A stretch of DNA of 63,054 bases, filler included, from Octopus bimaculoides (lineage: Eukaryota), in assembly GCF_001194135.2 (NCBI RefSeq). It is 5 parts of 5 records of this genome, joined end to end, with 100 filler letters (N's around TTAATTAATTAA, not from the genome) between each part and the next. Parts side by side here need not be neighbours in the genome. Positions count along the whole stretch, not along the records: positions 30,842 to 50,785 come from NC_069010.1; positions 50,886 to 61,407 come from NC_068985.1; 3 more parts are not named here. One strand, written 5' to 3'. The notes beneath the pieces were generated by a model. It saw only the letters and a list, made by a program, of their open reading frames with translations, ran no database searches and was not told where the DNA came from. Each line of letters opens with the position of its first letter. Positions within the stretch are counted from its first letter, which is position 1. Made by a program: the position numbers and the translations under genes. Positions 39,545 through 52,743 of the stretch are shown piece by piece.

Positions 39545-40400
39545 ATTGCAGACCACCAGACAGTCAGCATAATCTTTTGCTGATGCAACTTTGGCTTTGG
39601 GAAATATTTGGGAGACTCATCACAATCAAACCATTGACCTAATTGTTTACAGTTATCATAAAGAATCCAGTTTTCGTCACAAGTGACTATTCAATCAAGA
39701 AATGGATCATTGGTATTTCACAGAAAGATCATAAAGCACACTTCAAAATGCCAAACATTTTGATTTTCTTTGAGCTCATACGGTACCCATTTATCTAGCT
39801 TTTTCACTTTACCAATCTTCTGCAGATTGCGTGAGACCATTGCAATACCGACACCAAGTGCCTGAGACATTTCTCTGACACTTTGACATGGATTTTGTTC
39901 AATAATTGCTTTCAAGGTTTCAAAATTTCTTGGATGTAGTTGGGGATATAATGAGATATAATGAAAAGGGGCAATGAAGAAATAATTCCATTTTTGAAAT
40001 AATTATATAACAATTTAAAACTTTTATTTATTTATTTATTCTTCTTCACCAAAGTCAAAGGATGACGTTCAAAAGGCTCCACAAAAGAATAATTTAAAGC
40101 CACACAACTAGTACCTGCTACAATGCTGGACATGTCAATGTTGGAAACTAATGTAATAAAACTGAAAATTAAAGTACTAGTCCATGATTTGTTCATTCTC
40201 AAGACTGCATGACCATCCTCTACCTTCTTCATCTTCAAGGCTCTCATCACCACTAGGCAATTTCTGAAACCACCTTCATACTTGTGGACCCCTCTTCCCG
40301 TGCTCTGCTCATAATGGCAGCAGTTTGGGAGGCATTGTGCCCAAGCTTGAACTCATGGAAGAAAAGTAAGCAAAGGTCCTTTTTTTGTCATGTTCATAAA
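39545..40400 (-). mobile_element. Truncated, interrupted mariner transposase pseudogene
   Basis: HEFKLGHNASQ...SLEDEEGRG, an insertion of about 270 bp, then KAIIEQNP...KLDKWVPYEL, TCDENWILYDN and KIMLTVWW. Cut off by a SINE at about 39545. Confidence 0.85.
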
Positions 40401-41696
40401 TAAGGGCGCCTCTGCTTCAAGAATTCCCACATATCCTGGTCCCTTGTCACTTCTTCAGTGAGACCCAGCATCCGTAGATCGTTTCTCACCACTTCATGTG
40501 TATGTATATATGTATTTATAGGAATGCAGGTTTGTATGTATGGTTATATGCATGTGTCACGTAAGACTTAAGGATGGCAGTGGTTTTAATATTCATATAA
40601 AACATTCTAGAGAAGAATGGAATTCTAACCATTGTTTCTGATTTAGGTACAGACTCGAAATTTTGAGGGGAGGGGCTGGGTTGATTAAATCAACCCCTGT
40701 ACAAGACAATTAACCACTTTTTTAAACCGCTGAGGGATAAAAAGGTAAATTTAAGTATGGCAGAATTTGAACTTAGAAAATAAATAATTGGAAGAAATAT
40801 CACAAAACCATTTTTTTCTGACTGTAATGATTCTGCCGGCTTAGAATGGAATTAGAGTAGACTATATTGTCTGGGGAAGAGTGTAAAATTTAGGGCTCAG
40901 AGATTTGGTGAGTTAAGGTGTGACTGGGGGTGGGGTTAACCCTAGTGTTAGAATATTTCTGTTTTTGTTTCCATAAATTTCGAAAATTTAGCACAATAAC
41001 TTTGTCGTTAATTAGCTCGGTGTTTGAAACATGAATTATCATGAAATTATGATAAAAGGGTTTAATTTAGATCAGATTAAAACAAGAAGTTGACATCATA
41101 TAATCAGTGGTGGTGGTCTCAGTTGGATTGGTATGAAAAGGGTTAAAGAAGCTATCAACCAACACGGTCAAACGAGACCCACCCACATCTGCTGAAAGTC
41201 TCTATAAACAGTATTCAGAGAAGCTATCTCCTACCCATGTTGTATACAGACAACCAATATGGTCCCTATATTACATAGAGACCTTCACCCTTTTGTTACC
41301 ATTGTTGTTGGCACTCCGTCGCTTACGACGTCGAGGGTTCCAGTTGATCCGATGAACGGAACAGCCTGCTTGTGAAATTAATGTGCAAATGGCTGAGCAC
41401 TCCACAGACACGTGTACTCTGAATGTAGTTCTCGGGGGATATTCAGCGTGACACAGAGTATGACAAGGCTGGCCCCTTTGAATTACAGGCACANNNNNNN
41501 NNNNNNNNNNNNNNNNNNNNNNNNNNNNNNNNNNNNNNNNNNNNNNNNNNNNNNNNNNNNNNNNNNNNNNNNNNNNNNNNNNNNNNNNNNNNNGTGTGTG
41601 TGTGCGTGTGTGCGTGCGTGCGTGCGTTTGTGCGTTCGTTCGTTAATCCATTGATCTCTGACCTCTCTTATTTGTTATTTCAGTGCTTTTTTCAAC

Positions 41697-41808
41697 ATGC
41701 CAGCCTTCGCTCCTTACCTCACTCCTGAACAAGAGGCTGAACTCAGGCAGATTGCTGCAGCTATTGTAGCCCCTGGCAAGGGAATTTTGGCTGCAGATGA
41801 GTCTACTG
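41697..41808 (+). CDS. ALDO: Class I fructose-bisphosphate aldolase, coding exon 1 ([38 protein letters not shown])
   Basis: ATG at 41697 in caacATG context, 13 nt after acceptor tttgttatttcag (AG 41682-83), which implies an upstream non-coding exon. [10 protein letters not shown] signature present. Donor G|gtaag at 41809, phase 1. Confidence 0.97.
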
Positions 41809-42910
41809 GTAAGTTGCTATACTCTATGTATGTGTGTGTGTGTGTCTAAATACTGAATCCTGCTATTTCTTGCGGACAGTAGTCGTTCCTGCAGCAACCA
41901 TCTACAAACCTGTGGCTTTGATGCAGAAACGACAGTGGCTACACAGGGTTGACATGGTTTTTCAACAATGGGGGAAGGCACAACAGATTCAGTTGGCAGA
42001 GAGTTATGAGAATGCCAGGATGGTGTACCACGTTTCTGGGAGTAAGTGACCCCTACTCCCTGTTAGGACATCACTATAGGAGAAGTAAAAAACTCTATGG
42101 ATTTTCAACTCCACTTCTCCTCAAAATTACAGAACTACATGGAGATTCCTTAACAGAGTTTTTTTTTTTTTGTTTTTTTTTTGTTGCTCTATGCTTTTCA
42201 TGGAAGGACACAAAATAAATCGCTCACATACATGATGGACTTGCATGCAGTTTCTCTGCACCAATTTTCCTCAGAAGTATTGGTCAACCTAAAACTACAG
42301 AAGACATTTGGCCGAGGTGCCATGCTGTGGAGATAGAACTCGGAACTATACGCTAACAAAGCAAACTTTCTATTGACCCAGTCAACTAGTTTCCAAATTT
42401 GTTTGCTGTTGGACGGTCATAGAGAAGGACTGTATTATAAAGAGTGCGATTAGACAAGGAAGAGGATGCAGCTTGTGAGACAGGGACAAATCTTTTATTT
42501 TAAACACATTGTCTGATTCATTTTAATGAAATCTTAATGTTATCACTGATGAAGAAGCAAGATCCAATATAATTTCATTCTAGAAGTTCTTCACCTTTAG
42601 TAATTTAATATAGAAGGCACAAGTTCACACAAATGTCTGTGAGTAAGAGGACATTCTTATCAGTGCTTAGAAAACATGCCTGATGGTGTAGCAAGGTCCT
42701 ATATAATTTCATTCTTTTAGTAATTTAACAAAGAGGGTACAGGTTCATAGAAATACCATATTTTCCATCATACAAGGTTGAGTGTTTCAGATTAAAATTT
42801 ACAGCTCGAGAACGCAAGATGGTTTATACACCAAGACGACCTTGGAGGAACAAAACATCCATGTGAAATGCAGCGGGATTTAAAAAGATAGTGGTGACAA
42901 TGTTTACACT

Positions 42911-43295
42911 TGTTGTTGGCACTCCGTCGCTTACGACGTCAAGGGTTCCCGTTGATCCGATCAACGGAACAGCCTGCTCTTGAAATTAATGTGCAAGTGG
43001 CTGAGCACTCCACAGATACATGTACCCTTAATGTAGTTCTCGGGGATATTCAGCGTGACACAGTGTATGACAAGGTTGGCCCTTTGAATTACAGGCACAA
43101 CAGAAACAGGAAGAAAGAGTGAGAGAAAGTTGTGGTGGAAGAGTAAAGCAGGGTTTGCCACCATCCCCTGCCGGAGCCTTGTGGAGTTTTAGGTGTTTTT
43201 GCTCAATAAACACTCACAACACCCAGTCTGGGAATCGAAACCGCGATCCTATGACCGCGAGTCCACTTCCCTAACCACTGGGCCATTGCGCCTCC
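42911..43295 (-). mobile_element. tRNA-derived SINE family A, full length, with a 12-bp TSD
   Basis: A box TGGCCCAGTGG, B box GGTTTCGATTCCC, (CAA)n tail. TSD aatgtttacact at 42899-910 and 43296-307. Confidence 0.9.
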
Positions 43296-43569
43296 AATGT
43301 TTACACTATACGCTGTCAAAATTGTATGCCAGGAAATATGGTATGCAAAGAGAGGGACGTGTTGAAGGGGACAGAATCCCAAAACAGACAAGATAATCTA
43401 CCATTACAAAATTAGCTTCTGTTGGATTAGAATAATCTACTGGGTTGGGTTGTATGCATGTAATGGGACATTTGTAAAATGTGCTTTATTGATAGGAGAT
43501 GCTTGCTGAATTACAAGAGTCAAGAGAAATTCTTGTTCCAACAATATGACTTGTTTCTCCCTCATACAG

Positions 43570-43836
43570 GTTCTATGGGAAAGAGGCTCACAGCCATCAA
43601 TGTTGAGAACACCGAGGAGAATCGTAGACGTTACCGTGAATTGTTGTTCACAGCCGACCGAGAATGTGCCAAATACATCAGCGGCGTCATTATGTTCCAC
43701 GAGACGTTCTACCAGAAGACCAGTGCTGGTGTTCCATTTGTGAAAGTGCTCCAAGACAAGGGTATCATTCCCGGCATCAAGGTCGACAAAGGTGTTGTCC
43801 CTTTAATGGGAACCTTCAATGAATGCACCACCCAAG
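43570..43836 (+). CDS. ALDO: Aldolase coding exon 2 ([28 protein letters not shown]...[22 protein letters not shown])
   Basis: Acceptor ctcatacag|G, donor G|gtgag, 267 nt, phase 1-1. Contains ENTEENRR and IKVDKG motifs. Confidence 0.97.
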
Positions 43837-43881
43837 GTGAGTAACTCCCTTTTGTCATATTACACACGTCTTCACTGCTTC

Positions 43882-44265
43882 GTTGTTGGCACTCCGTCGC
43901 TTACGACGTCGAGGGTTCCAGTTGATCCAGTCAACGGAACAGCCTGCTCGTGAAATTAACGTGCAAGTGGTTGATCGCTCCACAGACACATGTACCCTTA
44001 ACGTAGTTCTCGGGGATATTCAGCGTGACACAGTGTGACAAGGCTGACCCTTTGAATTACAGGCACAACAGAAACAGGAAGTAAGAGTGAGAGAAAGTTG
44101 TGGTGGAAGAGTACAGCAGGGTTCGCCACCATTCCCTGCCGGAGCCTCGTGGAGCTTCAGGTGTTTTCGCTCAATAAACACTCACAACGCCCAGTCTGGG
44201 AATCGAAACCGCGATCGTATGACCGCGAGTCCGCTGCCCTAACCACTGGGCCATTGCGCCTCCAC
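43882..44265 (-). mobile_element. SINE family A copy (aldolase intron 2)
   Basis: Near-identical to 42911-43295. Other copies at 2740-3042, 41302-41493, 48468-48854 and about 61508-61580. Confidence 0.9.
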
Positions 44266-45329
44266 TNNNNNNNNNNNNNNNNNNNNNNNNNNNNNNNNNN
44301 NNNNNNNNNNNNNNNNNNNNNNNNNNNNNNNNNNNNNNNNNNNNNNNNNNNNNNNNNNNNNNNNNNNNNNNNNNNNNNNNNNNNNNNNNNNNNNNNNNNN
44401 NNNNNNNNNNNNNNNNNNNNNNNNNNNNNNNNNNNNNNNNNNNNNNNNNNNNNNNNNNNNNNNNNNNNNNNNNNNNNNNNNNNNNNNNNNNNNNNNNNNN
44501 NNNNNNNNNNNNNNNNNNNNNNNNNNNNNNNNNNNNNNNNNNNNNNNNNNNNNNNNNNNNNNNNNNNNNNNNNNNNNNNNNNNNNNNNNNNNNNNNNNNN
44601 NNNNNNNNNNNNNNNNNNNNNNNNNNNNNNNNNNNNNNNNNNNNNNNNNNNNNNNNNNNNNNNNNNNNNNNNNNNNNNNNNNNNNNNNNNNNNNNNNNNN
44701 NNNNNNNNNNNNNNNNNNNNNNNNNNNNNNNNNNNNNNNNNNNNNNNNNNNNNNNNNNNNNNNNNNNNNNNNNNNNNNNNNNNNNNNNNNNNNNNNNNNN
44801 NNNNNNNNNNNNNNNNNNNNNNNNNNNNNNNNNNNNNNNNNNNNNNNNNNNNNNNNNNNNNNNNNNNNNNNNNNNNNNNNNNNNNNNNNNNNNNNNNNNN
44901 NNNNNNNNNNNNNNNNNNNNNNNNNNNNNNNNNNNNNNNNNNNNNNNNNNNNNNNNNNNNNNNNNNNNNNNNNNNNNNNNNNNNNNNNNNNNNNNNNNNN
45001 NNNNNNNNNNNNNNNNNNNNNNNNNNNNNNNNNNNNNNNNNNNNNNNNNNNNNNNNNNNNNNNNNNNNNNNNNNNNNNNNNNNNNNNNNNNNNNNNNNNN
45101 NNNNNNNNNNNNNNNNNNNNNNNNNNNNNNNNNNNNNNNNNNNNNNNNNNNNNNNNNNNNNNNNNNNNNNNNNNNNNNNNNNNNNNNNNNNNNNNNNNNN
45201 NNNNNNNNNNNNNNNNNNNNNNNNNNNNNNNNNNNNNNNNNNCATATTCTCTCTCTTTCCTTTCCCGAGCGTCTAGTAACACTATCCGTATCACGTCCTC
45301 ACGTTGTTGTCTTTTTCCTTTTTTGAACC

Positions 45330-45360
<31 letters not shown>

Positions 45361-45385
45361 AAATATTTTCGTGTTTCCTCTTCAG

Positions 45386-45546
45386 GTCTTGACGGTCTGG
45401 CTGAGCGATGTGCTGAATACAAGAAGGGTGGTGCCCAGTTTGCCAAATGGCGCTCTGTATTGAAAATTGGATCTAGCACTCCTTCATACCAAGCCATGAT
45501 GGAGAATGCCAATGTCTTGGCTCGTTATGCTATGATCTGTCAACAG
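45386..45546 (+). CDS. ALDO: Aldolase coding exon 3 ([29 protein letters not shown]...[14 protein letters not shown])
   Basis: Acceptor tttcctcttcag|G, donor CAG|gttcgt, 161 nt, phase 1-0. FAKWR catalytic motif. Confidence 0.97.
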
Positions 45547-46351
45547 GTTCGTTGTCTTAAATTACAGCATAATACACTGGGAGTGAGTCAATAGGATAGC
45601 TTCTCCTTGGTGACTGGTGACATACCCAGAGGTTCACCACGCTGTCAGTGACTGGCGTCCAGTGCACTCGGCTGTTTGTAGGTACCACAGTGTAGTATAG
45701 GACAAAATTAACTGTTAACAGTGCAGTCTATGTAGCTCTAAGTAGGTACCACAATGTTGTGTAGTTCCCTGTACTGGGGCCGACACTGTAAAATTAATTG
45801 TTGGGCTATGAAGAATGGTTTGACTGGGAGTAGAGGGCTGGTCGGTTGGGATAGAGGTAGCAGGGGCAGATAGGTGTGTGTATATGTATGTATGTATCTA
45901 TCTATAAATATATATACACACACACACATTTATATATATATATATATATATATNNNNNNNNNNNNNNNNNNNNNNNNNNNNNNNNNNNNNNNNNNNNNNN
46001 NNNNNNNNNNNNNNNNNNNNNNNNNNNNNNNNNNNNNNNNNNNNNNNNNNNNNNNNNNNNNNNNNNNNNNNNNNNNNNNNNNNNNNNNNNNNNNNNNNNN
46101 NNNNNNNNNNNNNNNNNNNNNNNNNNNNNNNNNNNNNNNNNNNNNNNNNNNNNNNNNNNNNNNNNNNNNNNNNNNNNNNNNNNNNNNNNNNNNNNNNNNN
46201 NNNNNNNNNNNNNNNNNNNNNNNNNNNNNNNNNNNNNNNNNNNNNNNNNNNNNNNNNNNNNNNNNNNNNNNNNNNNNNNNNNNNNNNNNNNNNNNNNNNN
46301 NNNNNNNNNNNNNNNNNNNNNNNNNNNNNNNNNNNNNNNNNNNNNNNNNNN

Positions 46352-46387
<36 letters not shown>

Positions 46388-46642
46388 GCAGAGTTGGCGG
46401 TTGTAATAATCGTCTAAGGGATAATAGTATTTGTTCGTACTATCAGTATCAATTACCTACACTATGGCTATGCAGGTACACTATGTTCATAGGGTACAGG
46501 TAACAACAGAATAAACAAAAGCTTATCAGGAATCATATTTAGATAATCTGCAAATGGAGAAAACTTTTGATCAAACAAATTGATTTAACATTGGTTGATT
46601 AATTTTTGTGAGTGTATAAACGGGCATCTATAATGTTATTCA

Positions 46643-46879
46643 CAGGGTGGCCCAAAAATAGGTTTACAGTTATCACGTAGGCACTTCAAATTTCTTTTAA
46701 AATATTTTGTTACATTTAAATTTCTATGTTACAAACTGAAAAGGGATCTTGACAAAATTAACTAAATTAGCATAGAATAATGATTTCATCTTTTTTCTAT
46801 AATCAAGATCTAAACTGTTAATATATGAATGCGAAAGAGATAGTTGAATAACTGTAAAACCTACTTTTAGACTACCCTG
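46643..46879. mobile_element. Tc1/mariner-type MITE in aldolase intron 3
   Basis: Imperfect TIR cagggtggcccaaaaataggtttacagttat matching the reverse complement of ataactgtaaaacctacttttagactaccctg; TA on the right side. Confidence 0.65.
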
Positions 46880-47257
46880 TATATATAAACGGGTGCTCGT
46901 TTATGACTTTTATAAGTGTTTCAACACCTGGAGCTTTGAGGAAGTCACCCCCTCTGCACTAAATCATAACAAGCAAGCATAGTACAAGCATTGAGAATGT
47001 GTGGTCAATGTTTACAATACTCATACTGCTTCAAATTCGTATTTGAAATATATATGACAGGTGTATAGAATATTGGATTGGACAGACAGGTGTATATAAT
47101 GATGGTAGCGAGATGAGGAACAGGTGTATGTAATGTTGTACACAGCATATATGTAAACTATAACAGCAGGGATAAACTTGTGGTGGTGGTGGTGGTGGTG
47201 GTAGTGGTCAAGTTTATTGATGAGCAGTAATAGTCTTATTGTGTTTCTTCCTTCTAG

Positions 47258-47341
47258 AATGGTCTGGTGCCAATTGTTGAACCAGAAGTCTTGCCTGATG
47301 GAGAACACGACTTGGAGACTTCACAGAAAGTCACAGAAGTG
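47258..47341 (+). CDS. ALDO: Aldolase coding exon 4 ([28 protein letters not shown])
   Basis: Acceptor ttcttccttctag|A, donor GTG|gtaag, 84 nt, phase 0-0. GLVPIVEPE motif. Confidence 0.97.
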
Positions 47342-48336
47342 GTAAGTGAGTTGACAATGTTTTTAATGTGTGTGTGTGTGTGCGTACGTGGTGAGGGATA
47401 GGTGTTCCTGTTGTCTGTTAAGACTGAGAATAAAGAATGAATGTGGTTAGTAACTGAGTTGGAAATTTCTAATTTTGCTTAGTTATTACGGAAGGACTTG
47501 GTGCTTTTTTATTTGCTGTAGCATGGGCTGACCCTTTAATGTTATAGCAGAGATGTGCTGCTNNNNNNNNNNNNNNNNNNNNNNNNNNNNNNNNNNNNNN
47601 NNNNNNNNNNNNNNNNNNNNNNNNNNNNNNNNNNNNNNNNNNNNNNNNNNNNNNNNNNGGGGGGGGGGGCAACACTTCGAATTAAAAGGAAGTTTGTCTT
47701 GCTTAGCTTCAATTTAACAGCCACCGCCTGACTGGCCTTCGTAGGATTTTCGAGCGAGATCGTTGCCAGTGCCCCCTGGACTGGCTCTTGTGCGGGTGGC
47801 ACATAAAATACACCATTTTGAGCGTGGCCGTTGCCAGTACCGCGTGACTGGCCCTTGTGCCAGTGGCATGTAAAAGCACCCACTACACTCTCTGAGCGGT
47901 TGGCGTTAGGAAGGGCATCCAGCTGTAGAAACTCTGCCAAATCAGATTGGAGCCTGGTGTAGCCATCTAGTTTCACCAGTCCTCAGTCAAATCGTCCAAC
48001 CCATGCTAGCATGGAAAGCGGACGTTAAACGATGAACGATTTCCCCACAAAAAAACTTCCTACTGTCTCTAAAATAGAAACCACATGAACAGCAAGTGTA
48101 ATGATGTTTGCTTCTGATAAGACCCTATGGCGGGGCAACCTGAGAACTCGAACCCCCACCACAGCTTTGGTACTACAGACATGATTAGAATGACACAGGA
48201 AGGAATCAAGACAGATTCTTTGTCGAGTATTGAAATCTTAATGAATATATAACAAATGTTGTATATTTGTTTGAATAATTAAAAACTGCCAGTCACATGA
48301 CATGTATTTGTTTTGTGTGGACTCCTGCTTTTTTTT

Positions 48337-48437
<101 letters not shown>

Positions 48438-49182
48438 ATGTATATAGTGTGTGTGTATATATATATATTGTTGTTGGCACTCTGTCGCTTACGATGTTGA
48501 GGGTTCCAGTTGATGCGATCAATGGAACAGCCTGCTCATGAAATAAACGTGCAAGTGGCTGAGCACTCCACAGACACGTGTACCCTTAATGTAGTTCTCG
48601 GGGGATATTCTGAGTGACACAGTGTGACAAGGCTGACCCTTTGAATTACAGGCACAACAGAAACAGGAAGTAAGAGTGAGAGAAAGTTGTGGTAAAAGAG
48701 TACAGCAGGGTTCGCCACCATCCCCTGCCGGAGCCTCGTGGAGCTTTAGGCGTTTTCGCTCAATAAACGCTCACAACGCCCAGTCTGGGAATCGAAACCG
48801 CAATCCTATGACCGCGAGTCTGTTGCCCTAACCACTGGGCCATTGTGCCTCCACTCCCAGATATACTATATTTGAATAAAAGACGTGATGGTCACAGCTG
48901 GAACATCTTTGATCATAGGTTGCTGGATCAGGACTGACCTGGGGCTAAACAACAACAAGGAAGGGCTACATTAGATAATGTAGTCCTAGATACACTATGC
49001 CTGAATAGAAGACAGGATGGTCACAGCTGGAACATCTTTGATCATAGGTCTGCTGGATCAGGAATGACCCAGGACTAAATTACAACAACTAGGGAAGAAG
49101 ACATTTGAGGATATAGCCCTAGATAGACTATGCCATCTGTATTTGAATCTCGTTAAACCATCGTTAATTTTGTGTGTTTCAG

Positions 49183-49357
49183 GTGCTGGCTTTCACTTAC
49201 AAGGCCCTTGCTGACCACCACATCTTTCTAGAAGGTACCTTGTTGAAACCCAATATGTGCACAGCTGGACACAGCTGCTCAAAGAAATTCACCCCTGAGC
49301 AAAATGCTGCAGCTACAGTCACAGCTCTGAGGAGAACCGTCCCCTCTGCTGTACCAG
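49183..49357 (+). CDS. ALDO: Aldolase coding exon 5 ([29 protein letters not shown]...[10 protein letters not shown])
   Basis: Acceptor tgtgtttcag|G, donor G|gtaag, 175 nt, phase 0-1. EGTLLKPNM contains the Schiff-base lysine. Confidence 0.97.
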
Positions 49358-50229
49358 GTAAGTAACTCTTTTCTCTTGAAGACCACAGCTACGGGGGAAG
49401 ATGGTGTGCTCTGCCATACACCTACCTTTCTTTATGAATGGTTTTGTCATTGGCTCATGACCATGCTGGAGCATTGCCTCCTGTAAATATTAAGTTATTG
49501 GCCTGTCGCCAACTCATAGGGTTGGCACCAGTTTGTCATTTGACTGTGGTCATACTGGAGCACTGCCTTTAGTAGAACGAATCTACCCCCCAGGATTTAT
49601 TCTTTGTAAGCCTAGTACTTATTCTATTGCCAAACTAAGTTACGGTGACGTGGACACACCAACATCCGTGGTCAAGTTAATGGTGGCGGAACAAATACAT
49701 ACATATATACACGACAGGCTTCTTTCAGTTTCCGTTGACTGAATCCCCTCACAAAGATTTGGTCAACCTGAGGCTATAGCAAAAGACACTTGCCCAAGGT
49801 GCCTTCGCAGTGGGACTGAACCCAGAACCATGTGGTTAGGAAATAAGCTTCTTACCACACAGCTACACCTCAACTTTTTTTTTTAATTTTGAACTGAGTT
49901 TTGATTTGTGGTGTCAGGGAACTGCAGTACACACACACATGCTCGCTCGTGGGCATACACAGAGGAGCCTCTACATGGTCACTCTAGCTGCTAGAAGTAG
50001 CAGTCAAATCACACCCTTCTGAAGATACTCTCTTTACTCTTTTACTTGTTTCAGTCTTTTGACTGTGGCCATGCTGGAGCACCGCCTTTAGTCGAGCAAA
50101 TCGACCCCAGGACTTATTCTTTAGAAGCCTAGTAATTATTCTATCGGTCTCTTTTGCTGAACCGCTAAGTTATGGGGACATAAACACACCAGCATCGGTT
50201 GTCAAGCGATGTTGAGGGGACAAACACAG

Positions 50230-50262
<33 letters not shown>

Positions 50263-50632
50263 CATATATACGACAGGCTTCTTTCAGTTTCCGTCTACCA
50301 AATCCACTCAGAAGGCTTTGGTCGGCCCGAGGCTATAGTAGAAGACACTTGCCCAAGATGCCACGCAGTGGGACTGAACCCGGGACCATGTGGTTGGCAA
50401 GCAAGCTACTTACTACACAGCCACTCCTACGGTCATGATTGGAATGTCGTGATGAGACCTGAACACCAGGCTTGTACAGGTCCCTGTCTACCAAACCCCA
50501 CCTACAGACTTCATCAAACTGTGTGACAAAATTGAACCAGGAACCACAGGACCTGGTGCCAATCACTTTTTCTATCTGTCTGTTTGTCCCTTCTGTTTAC
50601 TGTTATTATTGTTGTTGTTGTTGTTATTGTAG

Positions 50633-50785
50633 GTGTGACCTTCCTGTCAGGTGGTCAGTCAGAAGAAGATGCAACAATCAACCTCAATGCTATCAACATG
50701 TGCCCCTTACTCAAGCCATGGGCCCTGACCTTCTCATACGGCCGCGCCCTCCAAGCCAGTGTATTGAAGGCTTGGCAAGGCAAGG
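50633..50785 (+). CDS. ALDO: Aldolase coding exon 6, truncated by a gap ([22 protein letters not shown]...[22 protein letters not shown])
   Basis: Acceptor ttattgtag|[10 protein letters not shown] and FSYGRALQ motifs. Sequence enters Ns at 50786; roughly the last 45 codons are not visible. Confidence 0.95.
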
Positions 50786-50885
50786 NNNNNNNNNNNNNNN
50801 NNNNNNNNNNNNNNNNNNNNNNNNNNNNNTTAATTAATTAANNNNNNNNNNNNNNNNNNNNNNNNNNNNNNNNNNNNNNNNNNNN
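50786..50885. other. Artificial 100-nt gap marker: 44 N + TTAATTAATTAA + 44 N
   Basis: Same construct at 12875-12974, 30742-30841 and 61408-61507; the palindrome has stops in all six frames. Confidence 0.95.
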
Positions 50886-51643
50886 ATATGAGTATATGCA
50901 TATATATGTATATATATATATATATATACATACACGCATATACAGAAAGAGAAAAAGCGAGGAAGAATAAAAAGAAAGAAGGAAAAAGAAATATATATGG
51001 GAAAAACTGTAAACAGGCTTGTATGTGCGTATGTACGTATATGTGCGCATGCGCGCGCGTGTGTATCTACGTTCGTATTCCAACAGAGACAATCATCACC
51101 TCTTAGGAATACTGTGAAAATTAAAAAGATCCTACTTCAAAGTGAAACCTTGACTCTGTTCTGCTAATTAGTGGAGTAATGTGCAAGGGACTGTCTTGAT
51201 TTTATTCCCTCCTTGCTCTCTGACGTTCTTTCTTCTCCCTCTACCCCTTCTCTCATTACATGCATACATGATTACATACATACATATATACATCCATACA
51301 TGCATGAATACATACATACATACATACATGCATGCATAGGTACATACATCATACATATATTAATACATACATATGTGTACATATATATATACATATATGC
51401 ATATATGTGTACATATACATATATATGTGTGTGTATGTGAGTATGAATATATATATATTTGGCTATCTGTCTATATATCCTACATCAAAAAAATTTTAAT
51501 TCGTGCTCTGTCCCTTGTTTTATATATATATATGTGCTATTGAGTTAGTCATGGCCTGGGCCGATAATGGCCGAATACAATCTAAGCTATATATATATAA
51601 GCAATGTTAAATCTCTGAACGAGGTATTAACAGTAACTGCACG

Positions 51644-52085
51644 ATAAAGTGAAGTATATTTGCCACTTAAATGTGGCTGACCCCTAAGGGTGGATGTTAC
51701 TGTTGCTTTTAGCCCCAGGAGGACATCTCCTCCAGCTGGCTATCGACACACATCTGTGTCCTGTCTGTATTTGCCAAGGGAAGTTTCACTTTTTCGATAT
51801 CAGTGAATAACTTCACTGGAAAAAGTTATATATTTGCCAGGTAATATCTTTTGCATCAAAGGTCGGCGATTGTCGTACGCTGAAGAAGGGAAACTACCCT
51901 GAAACTTGAGTCCGTACGTATCGTAGATCAAGATGGGAAAGATAACTTCCCTTGGCAAATACAGACAGGACACAGATGTGTGTCGATAGCCAGCTGGAGG
52001 AGATGTCCTCCTGGGGCTAAAAGCAACAGTAACATCCACCCTTAGGGGTCAGCCACATTTAAGTGGCAAATATACTTCACTTTAT
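51644..52085. repeat. 142-bp inverted repeat (51644-51785 / 51944-52085) with a 158-nt spacer containing a hammerhead
   Basis: Arms appear perfectly complementary (coordinate sum 103729). Confidence 0.92.
51874..51918 (+). ncRNA. Minimal type I hammerhead ribozyme, canonical core
   Basis: CGUACG-CUGAAGA(51880-86)-AGGG AAACUA CCCU-GAAA-CUUGAG-UC|CGUACG. Helix I 6 bp, helix II 4 bp, GUC site after C51912. Confidence 0.85.
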
Positions 52086-52665
52086 ATATATATACATACA
52101 TACATATATACATACATATATATTTATACAGATATATATGTGTGTGTATGTGTGTATATATATATTTATATATATACATATATACATATATATACACATT
52201 TACACACACATATGTGTATACGTTACATTTACACACCCATATATACAAATATATGTATATGTATGTTTGTACATATATATATATATATACATATACCTGT
52301 ATGCATGCATGTATATTGATATACATACCTGTACATAATTATACATTAACATAAAAGATATATATATATATATATATATATAATATAATATAATATAGGA
52401 TAAATTCTTTATAAGTATTTATCAAGTAGTCAGCGTGAAAAAAACCTCAAAATGAAAAAATAACGAAAAATTTTCGTAATGAAAAAAATTCATCATTTCA
52501 TCATAAATATAAATACTTATATATAAAGGGCATTAACTGTGTATTAATGCCTCACGCTTCGAGGGACTAAATAAGTAAAAAAACTACCAAAAGAATAAGC
52601 AACATATTTACTGAAAGCGAGGGAATGCAGCTTTCAAAATTTATCTCTTAAAAACATTTAACTCA

Positions 52666-52743
52666 ACGGTAGACCACTGGTTTCTCAATCAAATACAGAA
52701 AAACTGTGAAGTAACCTGTATTCTTTTGTTCATCAGTACACGT
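52666..52743 (-). ncRNA. Mirror copy of the 53132-53209 hammerhead in the left inverted-repeat arm
   Basis: Reverse complement of 53132-53209 within the 370-bp inverted repeat. Confidence 0.75.

Noticed and set aside
43230-43295. tRNA-like A/B boxes
   Set aside because: They are SINE heads continuing into a SINE body with a TSD; no complete cloverleaf, so no tRNA gene is called.
44098-45294. Long ORFs made of X (also near 1.1, 13.7, 35.1, 36.7, 46.0, 53.3 and 56.6 kb)
   Set aside because: They are translations of N-runs.
48860-49110. Two-unit direct repeat, considered as an array
   Set aside because: Two diverged copies of a short interspersed repeat with (AAC)n tails; no CRISPR-like repeat-spacer structure was seen in the window.
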